DNA from: a virus | Virus record (IMG/VR): IMGVR_UViG_3300045953_000166 | DNA length: 64,000 nucleotides | Direction: 5' to 3' (one strand) | Shown: positions 58,600 to 64,000 of the stretch, piece after piece | Layout: the number at the start of each line of letters is the position of its first letter | How positions within the stretch are numbered: the first letter of the stretch is position 1 | Notes under the pieces: generated by a model | The model's input: only the letters and a program-made list of their open reading frames with translations | What the model was told of the DNA's origin: nothing | Databases searched by the model: none | Made by a program: the position numbers and the translations under genes

Positions 58600-59639
58600 G
58601 CGGCCTCTTCGTTTGCGGTGAGGCGTCGCACACGAGCGCGCCCGCTCAGGGTTCCGATCACCTGCTCGGCGTACTGCTCACCAGCGCGGTCGAGGTGGGT
58701 TCGAACCACGACCTCGCACCCGAACGGCACGCGCGCCGCGAATTCGGTCGACCAGCTCCCGGAGATCAACCCGAGCACGGCGAGATCTGGGTTGACGATT
58801 GAGCGCACGAGCGCGTCCGGCTCGCCCTCGCAGATCACGACCATCCTCGGCATCACGGCGCCTCGCAGCATCCGAACCGCGACGCGGTTGGCAATGACGA
58901 GCCCGGACGCCCGACACCCGGAGGGGGGAAGGCGCTTCGCCGGATCGCTACCCGACACACGCCACGCCCGCACGGAACGACGCTCACCGAGCGCGTTGAA
59001 GGCAGGGAGGATCAGCCGGTGCCCCGTCCTCGTCCAAGGCTCTGCGGCTTCCCTCTGCCCGCGGTAGCGCGCCCACGGTGGCACAGACGACCAGTGCGTC
59101 TCTGGCCTGAGCGCGCGCGCGGCGTCGTCGCTCGCCACCCGGTGTGGATCTATTCCCCTGCCGGCTAGCAGCCCCGTGACCTCCGGATCCTCGGTGACGG
59201 GCACGCATGCGGACCAAAAAATCTCGAGCTCGGCGGTCGGCGGGTAGTCGCGCTCGGGCGCCGGCTGCATGACCGGACGGGCGGCGCGCGGCGGCGCCGG
59301 CGCCCCACCCCTAACATCCCGGGCCTCGTCCGGCATGCCGGCGAGCTCGCACGCACGTGCCAAGACCTCTCGGAAGTTTCGGATCTGAAGCCCCTCGACG
59401 GCGGCGACGAGATGCAAGGCGTCTCCTGTCCACCCGCATCCGAAGCACCGGACCCCGACCCCCGTGTCGGTCTTTCGGAGCGAGCACGACGGGGTTTTCT
59501 CGGCATGCACCGGGCAGCAAATCATGCCTCCGGTAGGGGTTGGTCGGAGCTTCAGGCCAAGCCGTTCAGCGAGCTTCTTCGGGTCTCCGAGAGCTCGGCG
59601 AACGTCGGGGACTAGGGTGTCGCGGGTCATGCCTGCCAC
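58596..59639 (-). CDS. DNA primase (CHC2 zinc finger plus Toprim)
   Basis: CCPVHAEKTPSCSL...CFGCGWTGD is a CHC2 finger. VVICEGEPDAL and HLDRAGEQ are Toprim motifs. Confidence 0.8.
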   Translation of the reverse strand: MAGMTRDTLVPDVRRALGDPKKLAERLGLKLRPTPTGGMICCPVHAEKTPSCSLRKTDTGVGVRCFGCGWTGDALHLVAAVEGLQIRNFREVLARACELAGMPDEARDVRGGAPAPPRAARPVMQPAPERDYPPTAELEIFWSACVPVTEDPEVTGLLAGRGIDPHRVASDDAARALRPETHWSSVPPWARYRGQREAAEPWTRTGHRLILPAFNALGERRSVRAWRVSGSDPAKRLPPSGCRASGLVIANRVAVRMLRGAVMPRMVVICEGEPDALVRSIVNPDLAVLGLISGSWSTEFAARVPFGCEVVVRTHLDRAGEQYAEQVIGTLSGRARVRRLTANEEAA

Positions 59640-60490
59640 GTCCCGTCGTCGACGAACGGATCGTTTTTCGCAGGGTTATTTCCATCAGCGAGCAACCGTC
59701 GCAGCACCGCCGCCGTGAACGCTGAAGGCCCTGGCCGCTTCAATTTTGCGAAATGGTCGCTCGATTCAGCGAGCTTCCCGGCCAGAACGAGCTCGTCGAC
59801 CGTGTAACCGTCGGCGAATGCCTCGAGAATTGATCGCAGATCGCTGTCGCTCGATGGGTTGTCTCTAAGTTTTAGGCTTATTCCAAAGGACCAAGCCTTC
59901 CCGACCTGCTCTACTTCAGGCCATTTGGAAGGCATTTGCCACTGACCGTCGAATGGATTCGCCAGTATCTTGCGGGCTTTTTCCTGCAAAACCACGATTG
60001 CGGGGGTAGGGGGATCTTGGTCGTGGTTCTGTTCTGTACTGCCATGCACTGTACTGAGTGACGCCGTGTGACTCGGTGTGACGCCGTGTGACTCAGGCGT
60101 CACGCTACGCGACGATTCGGTCACGCCTCGTGATGCTTCGTCACGCCTTCGCTCTCTTGAGTCCCTCGCCCGTGCCTTGTCGGAACGCCTCGCTTCCTGC
60201 GCTTCGATGAAGCGCGTGATGACCAGTGACGATCCGTGACGAACCGTCACGCCTTGTGACAAAAGTCTGGAAAGACCAGAGGAAACTACCTGTTCCGGCA
60301 GGTCGAGCAGAACCGTCAGCGCCTCGACGGGATCGCCGTCACCGATTTCGAGGATGCCGGCTCGGTCGACCTCCAGCATCAGGTGCCAGAGCACCGTACG
60401 GCCCTCCCACCCGAGGCGCCTGAAAGTGATCGTCTTTCGTCGGTAGAGCCGAACGTATGACTCGTCTTCGAAGTTCAAGCCGCCCTCCAC
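59627..60490 (-). CDS. Replication organiser/initiator-like protein (N-terminal winged helix)
   Basis: Lies upstream of primase and helicase. N-terminus YVRLYRRKTITFRRLGWEGRTVLWHLMLEVD resembles phage replisome-organiser N-domains. The central low-complexity linker is encoded by the iteron array. Confidence 0.5.
   Translation of the reverse strand: MEGGLNFEDESYVRLYRRKTITFRRLGWEGRTVLWHLMLEVDRAGILEIGDGDPVEALTVLLDLPEQVVSSGLSRLLSQGVTVRHGSSLVITRFIEAQEARRSDKARARDSRERRRDEASRGVTESSRSVTPESHGVTPSHTASLSTVHGSTEQNHDQDPPTPAIVVLQEKARKILANPFDGQWQMPSKWPEVEQVGKAWSFGISLKLRDNPSSDSDLRSILEAFADGYTVDELVLAGKLAESSDHFAKLKRPGPSAFTAAVLRRLLADGNNPAKNDPFVDDGTWQA
60058..60260. repeat. Iteron-like array (candidate origin of replication)
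   Basis: GTGACGCCGTGTGACTC at 60058-60074 and 60078-60094 (20-bp period). Further GT(G/C)ACG(CC) units at about 60097, 60120, 60140, 60226, 60236, 60246 and 60256, in both orientations. Confidence 0.6.
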
Positions 60491-61026
60491 TGCACACGGT
60501 TAGAAGCCTCGGCCCATCGCTCCGAAAGACCACCGATGATCTGCCCGAGGTGGGAATTCCCACCGTCGCAACCGCAGGCCCTACAAGCCCACGATCCGTC
60601 TTCGGCCAAGACGGACACCCGACCGCACGAAAGGCACTCGAATAGGCGCGCAGGGCCCCAGGCGAACGCTTTCTGGTCGTCTGGGGTTTCGACCCGCTCG
60701 GCGATCAAGCCGACAAGCGGCGTGGTCGATGTCGGCTCGAAGAGATCGGCTCCCACGAGTAGCGCCTCCCTCGGCCAGCCCGAGTGCTCGACCTTCCGTT
60801 GCGCGAGCGCGAGTTCGTCGAGCGAAAGGGCCGGCTTTACCTCGACGACGATCACACGGCCGGGCTCGAAGCGGATCCCGAAGTCGGGGATGTAGCCGGC
60901 GAGATCGAGTGGCTCGTACGTCCAATCCCAGCCAATGAGGTCGAAGAAGGCGGCCCAGCGGGCCTCCAAACGGCTCCGCATTCTGACGCCCTTGTACGTT
61001 GTCGGAATTCCGACGTTCGTATTCAT
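60475..61026 (-). CDS. PD-(D/E)xK nuclease (TnsA/Hjc-like core) with C-terminal zinc ribbon
   Basis: Start MNTNVGIPTTYKG (GGAG RBS). RSRLEARWAAFFD...YIPDF...VVEVKP shows the D...EVK motif. CLSCG...CRACGC. Confidence 0.6.
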   Translation of the reverse strand: MNTNVGIPTTYKGVRMRSRLEARWAAFFDLIGWDWTYEPLDLAGYIPDFGIRFEPGRVIVVEVKPALSLDELALAQRKVEHSGWPREALLVGADLFEPTSTTPLVGLIAERVETPDDQKAFAWGPARLFECLSCGRVSVLAEDGSWACRACGCDGGNSHLGQIIGGLSERWAEASNRVQWRAA

Positions 61027-61045
61027 CTCGGTATCTCCGAAGCCA

Positions 61046-61393
61046 TCAAGCGACGTCCTCCTCGCTCTCAAGCTGGTCCTCGTCCGGGTCGTCATCCGCC
61101 TCGGGATCGTCGAGCAGGCTACCCGGGTCGCGTCGTTCCTCGCGCGCGGTGAGGCGCGGCAGGGAGCGATCCCTGGCGAACTCCTCGAGCGGCGGGACCT
61201 CGACGCCGCCGATGCTCGCGATCAGCTCCTTCGCCTGCTCGTAGTAGCGCCGCGTGACCTGCGCGGATGCCGCGATCCAAATGGGACCGCGGATGTCGGA
61301 AAACCATGTGCGGTTCTCGATGTCCTTCCCAAGGTGAAGGACGGCGTAGGCCCAAGGTTGGATCAGCGAGAGCGCGAGCGTCGGGCGCGTCAT
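61046..61393 (-). CDS. ASCH domain protein with acidic tail
   Basis: MTRPTLALSLIQPWAYAVLHLGKDIENRTW...RGPIWIAAS. Confidence 0.6.
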   Translation of the reverse strand: MTRPTLALSLIQPWAYAVLHLGKDIENRTWFSDIRGPIWIAASAQVTRRYYEQAKELIASIGGVEVPPLEEFARDRSLPRLTAREERRDPGSLLDDPEADDDPDEDQLESEEDVA

Positions 61394-61680
61394 GCGCCCA
61401 GTGCCTTTCTGAGCTCGCGCTCGGCCCGAAGCGCCCGGTCTTTCCAGTGCTCGACGACCTGCTTGCGTGCCGAGTACTCGGCGGCGTAGTTGCGAGCCCG
61501 AGGTGCTCGGTTGCCTGCCCTGCATTGCTTGCAGTCGTTCCGCACACCGCAGACACGGCGCGGGTCGAGGTCGAAACCGCGAGCCGTACCCGCGACGGGG
61601 AGCCAGCGCAGGCAACTAGTGCAGCGCTTCTCGGTGAAGCCGTCACGCGTTCGGAGGAGGACGCGGCGAGCAGTCTTCAT
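61390..61680 (-). CDS. Cys-rich small protein
   Basis: Start MKTARRVLLRTRDGF (ATGA coupling). CTSC...CGVRNDCKQC. Confidence 0.45.
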   Translation of the reverse strand: MKTARRVLLRTRDGFTEKRCTSCLRWLPVAGTARGFDLDPRRVCGVRNDCKQCRAGNRAPRARNYAAEYSARKQVVEHWKDRALRAERELRKALGA

Positions 61681-62255
61681 GCCGCTCTTCCTCCGGTGCT
61701 TGGTGCCACCGTGAGAAACCGAAGTCCCCGCTCGTACGCGAGCCAATTCGCTGCGACCAGTGCATCGCACTCGTCGTCGGTCCACCCCGCTCCCGCCTTC
61801 GGCAGGATGGCGCGCACCATCTCGATCACCGCCGCCTTCCTTCCCCGCTGGGGAAGCTTGCCGATCATGAGCTTTCGTGCCGCCGACTGCGGTGCGGCAT
61901 CGGTAAGCAGGTTCAGCGGGTTTTGCCGGAGCGCGTGCTTCACGACGCCGCCGAGCTCGGCGAGCTTGTCGAGGTTGTAGACGCGCCCGCCGATCGGATA
62001 CCCCTCGTGCACGACGTGGAGGATCGCGCCCGGGTAGAGCTGAAGGATCCACCGCACCCACGTCGCGACGTCGGCCGCCAGTGAGCCCATGCGGTCGATG
62101 AGCGGGCGGCTGTGATCCGTCTCGAGCGTGCGGTGCTTCACGAGCGCCCAGTTGCAGGCGCCGGTCGTGGGGTGGATCCAATCCTCCGGCAAGGCCACGA
62201 GACCTAGGCCGGTCAGGCTCAGATCCACCCCGATCACGACGTGGAATGGCGTCAT
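61677..62255 (-). CDS. RuvC-like Holliday junction resolvase
   Basis: VIGVDLSLTGLG, VVHEGY and DDECDALVAANW give the RNaseH-fold acidic residues in RuvC order. Confidence 0.6.
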   Translation of the reverse strand: MTPFHVVIGVDLSLTGLGLVALPEDWIHPTTGACNWALVKHRTLETDHSRPLIDRMGSLAADVATWVRWILQLYPGAILHVVHEGYPIGGRVYNLDKLAELGGVVKHALRQNPLNLLTDAAPQSAARKLMIGKLPQRGRKAAVIEMVRAILPKAGAGWTDDECDALVAANWLAYERGLRFLTVAPSTGGRAA

Positions 62256-62839
62256 CAGTTCGTCGCTGCCCTGCGGTTCTTGACCTTGCGCTTCGGCTTC
62301 TTGGCAGTGGGCAGGTCGGGCTCTTGGGCGGTCGCTTCACCGCTTTCGGGCGGGCTTTCGCCTTCGCTCTCCTCATCCCGTTCGTCGCTGTCGTCTTCGT
62401 CGCCCGAACGGCTCTGATCGATGTCGAGGTCGAGCTGCTTTTCCTCGATCGTCATCGCGCGCTCGTGGATGGTTTCGTCCGTGTCGGTCCTGACCTCGAC
62501 GACGCGTCCGAGCCGGTAGTCGTACCGACGTTCACACTCGACGGGGCCGTACGTGGCCTTGTCCCGGACCTCGCTCGAGATCCTTCGAAGCTCGGCTTCG
62601 AGCTCCTCGATTTGGCTCTTCGCTGCCGTGTTGGCGGCCTTCCGGTCGTCTTCCTTTTGATCACGTTGACCGAGCACGTGCGCCGCGCGATCGGCGCGTT
62701 CCGCTACTTCCTCAGCGGTGAGGGTGATCCGAAGGCTTCGTGAGAAGCGTTCCGTCTTCACTTTGTCGGTGTTGTCTTCATCCGTTTTCTTGGCTGCCTG
62801 TCCCATGTTTCGATCCTTCTCCCTTGTCCGTTCCGTCAT
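62255..62839 (-). CDS. Hypothetical coiled-coil protein with acidic tail
   Basis: 194 aa, Glu/Asp/Arg-rich. Confidence 0.5.
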   Translation of the reverse strand: MTERTREKDRNMGQAAKKTDEDNTDKVKTERFSRSLRITLTAEEVAERADRAAHVLGQRDQKEDDRKAANTAAKSQIEELEAELRRISSEVRDKATYGPVECERRYDYRLGRVVEVRTDTDETIHERAMTIEEKQLDLDIDQSRSGDEDDSDERDEESEGESPPESGEATAQEPDLPTAKKPKRKVKNRRAATN

Positions 62840-63075
62840 TTCACGCAGCGCAAAAACGCGCGCTGCACGACCACTTCACGAAGCTTCTGCGTCTCGTCGA
62901 TGATCCGCGTCGCCTCGCGCACCCGGAGCCAATCGCCGCGCCCGCGCGCGAACCAACGCTCTTCCTCGAGCTCGGCGAGGAAGCTGTCGACGTCTTCGAG
63001 GCGCGGAAGCTCGAGGCGCTGCAAGACCCGGCGGGGGCGTCGAGCTTCATAGATTCCGACGACGATCGCGCTCAT
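62836..63075 (-). CDS. Hypothetical protein
   Basis: Start MSAIVVGIYE (ATGA overlap with the MerR-like gene stop). Confidence 0.45.
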   Translation of the reverse strand: MSAIVVGIYEARRPRRVLQRLELPRLEDVDSFLAELEEERWFARGRGDWLRVREATRIIDETQKLREVVVQRAFLRCVK

Positions 63076-63332
63076 CCAGCCGCCTCCGCCTGCGAGCATT
63101 CCGCCGCCATCCGCATCCTCGCCCCCTCGATCGTGTACCGCTCAACGTGCAGAAGCTGTTGGATGCGCTTCAGACGTTCGACGGCGACACGCGAGTAGAC
63201 GCGCTGGCCTTTCTTCGTTCGCCCGGGGCGAACCCACCGGGAAAATTCCGACTCCCAGTAGCGGATCGCTGACGGCTTCACCCCGAGGGTTCGACACACG
63301 TAGCCGATGCGAAACCAGAGCGGCTCGGTCAT
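63072..63332 (-). CDS. MerR-family HTH regulator
   Basis: FRIGYVCRTLGVKPSAIRYWESEF...GQRVYSRVAVERLKRIQQLL...YTIEGAR. Confidence 0.7.
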   Translation of the reverse strand: MTEPLWFRIGYVCRTLGVKPSAIRYWESEFSRWVRPGRTKKGQRVYSRVAVERLKRIQQLLHVERYTIEGARMRMAAECSQAEAAG

Positions 63333-63514
63333 GGCTGAGCCTCGACCGCCGTGAGTTGCGCGAGCGCGTTGTACGTCGAGCCGCACTCGCAGACGTAGAC
63401 GCCACCCTTCAGCTTCACCTCACCACGACACGACCCGCAGACGAGGCGGCGCTCTCGGACGCGGTAGTGACGGGAGACGCGAACGAGCGTACCCAAGGTT
63501 CCGTCGTCGCTCAC
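63329..63514 (-). CDS. Zinc-ribbon mini-protein
   Basis: GTGA-coupled GTG 63514. CGSC...CECG. Confidence 0.4.
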   Translation of the reverse strand: MSDDGTLGTLVRVSRHYRVRERRLVCGSCRGEVKLKGGVYVCECGSTYNALAQLTAVEAQP

Positions 63515-63696
63515 GCGGTCCTCCGGAGCTGCGCTCGCGCCTTCTGTCGGAAGCGAACAAGGGCGAGATCGTGGCGCGCATCGTCCCGCTCGACGAGCAC
63601 ACGGTCGAGCGATGCCGAAACGGTGGCGAATGCCTCCGCGTGCATGCGCTGTTCGTTCTCCAGGCGCTTTTCGCAGGGGATGGCCGGTGCGTTCAC
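63511..63696 (-). CDS. Hypothetical small helical protein
   Basis: GTG 63696 overlaps the TGA of the upstream frame. The track ORF starts at 63720. Confidence 0.35.
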   Translation of the reverse strand: MNAPAIPCEKRLENEQRMHAEAFATVSASLDRVLVERDDARHDLALVRFRQKARAQLRRTA

Positions 63697-63854
63697 GCCG
63701 CCGCCTTCCGTGCGAACCACGCCCGCGCCTTCGCCTGCATGGCCCGCCGCTCGGCGAGCTCGTCACGCCGGCGGGACTCGACGCTCTCGAGGGCGAGAGC
63801 GAGCGCCCAAACGGTCGCTGGGCGTTGACTCGCGCCAACGTCAGTACCTTCCAC
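63693..63854 (-). CDS. Small ORF (53 aa), or the C-terminal extension of integrase if the molecule is circular
   Basis: GTG 63854 after GAAAGG. The same frame is open from the window end and is in frame with int across the 63946/1 junction. Confidence 0.3.
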   Translation of the reverse strand: MEGTDVGASQRPATVWALALALESVESRRRDELAERRAMQAKARAWFARKAAA

Positions 63855-63946
63855 GCACCTTTCGGTCGATTTCAGCCCGATCGGTGAGGTCGGGAATTCA
63901 CCGAATTTCCCAGCGCTACCCGAGAGATCCCGGGGTCCGACGGCGA

Positions 63947-64000
63947 TTCGAGTCCAGGCTCTGGAGCCTGAATCCCCGCTTCCGTTCGTTCCCGAGTCAA
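63947..64000. repeat. Right copy of the exact 54-bp terminal identity
   Basis: Identical to 1-54. The match starts where the window start maps and ends at the window end. Confidence 0.95.

Larger units (their letters stand above)
1..63946. mobile_element. Temperate myovirus-like phage genome unit (prophage or circular/wrapped replicon, 63,946 bp unique)
   Basis: Integrase, excisionase, immunity switch, replication, packaging, head, contractile tail, fibre and lysis modules fill the window. No host housekeeping genes were seen. Bases 63947-64000 equal 1-54. Confidence 0.8.

Noticed and set aside
63942-63972. Possible complete tRNA gene at the window end
   Set aside because: Only the T-loop, T-stem 3' strand and acceptor 3' strand are present. 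The 5 nt before TTCGAGT (GGCGA) cannot pair with CCAGG, and no D-arm or anticodon arm lies upstream. I treat it as an att core, not a tRNA.

Overview
The window is almost entirely one high-GC temperate, contractile-tailed phage genome, either a prophage or a circular replicon. Bases 63947-64000 repeat bases 1-54 exactly, so the unique unit is 63,946 bp and the window probably wraps around a circular or terminally redundant sequence. Two divergent transcription arms leave a lambda-like immunity switch at about 3.9-4.4 kb. They meet head-on at 17452, where the two stop codons overlap in a CTAG. The rightward arm (4.0-17.5 kb, plus strand) carries an XRE-type repressor and small zinc-ribbon proteins. 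It also holds a recombination block: an SSAP-like protein, SbcD, SbcC, a HerA-like ATPase and an HNH nuclease. An ASCH protein, a ParB-like protein and a HicB-like protein follow. The leftward arm (minus strand, continuing through the wrap) starts with a Cro-like regulator, a BRO antirepressor, small membrane proteins, excisionase and tyrosine integrase. It continues with a MerR-like regulator, a RuvC-like resolvase, a PD-(D/E)xK nuclease and a replication organiser gene that contains an iteron array, then primase and a DnaB-like helicase. After a block of small secreted or membrane proteins come terminase, a Mu-type portal, MuF, a ClpP-type protease/scaffold and an HK97-type capsid. The tail genes follow: sheath, tube, a frameshifted chaperone, tape measure and baseplate. 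An unusually large fibre module of about 8.7 kb, a lysis cassette and a small accessory island complete the arm. Many long ORFs in the track, mostly Arg/Pro/Gly-rich, are antisense shadows typical of high-GC DNA and were not called. The most unusual observations are these: a tRNA-3'-end-like att core lying inside the integrase reading frame; mirrored promoter-operator modules with near-leaderless starts; a stand-alone receiver-domain gene in the late-operon tail; a multiubiquitin-like beta-grasp gene between two muralytic enzymes; a MuF protein fused to an HExxH domain; a fibre built from about 25 tandem 13-14-residue repeats; and an antisense Gly/Cys-rich lipoprotein gene between two paralogous fibre genes. 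All functional calls come from motif recognition by eye. No database search was run.
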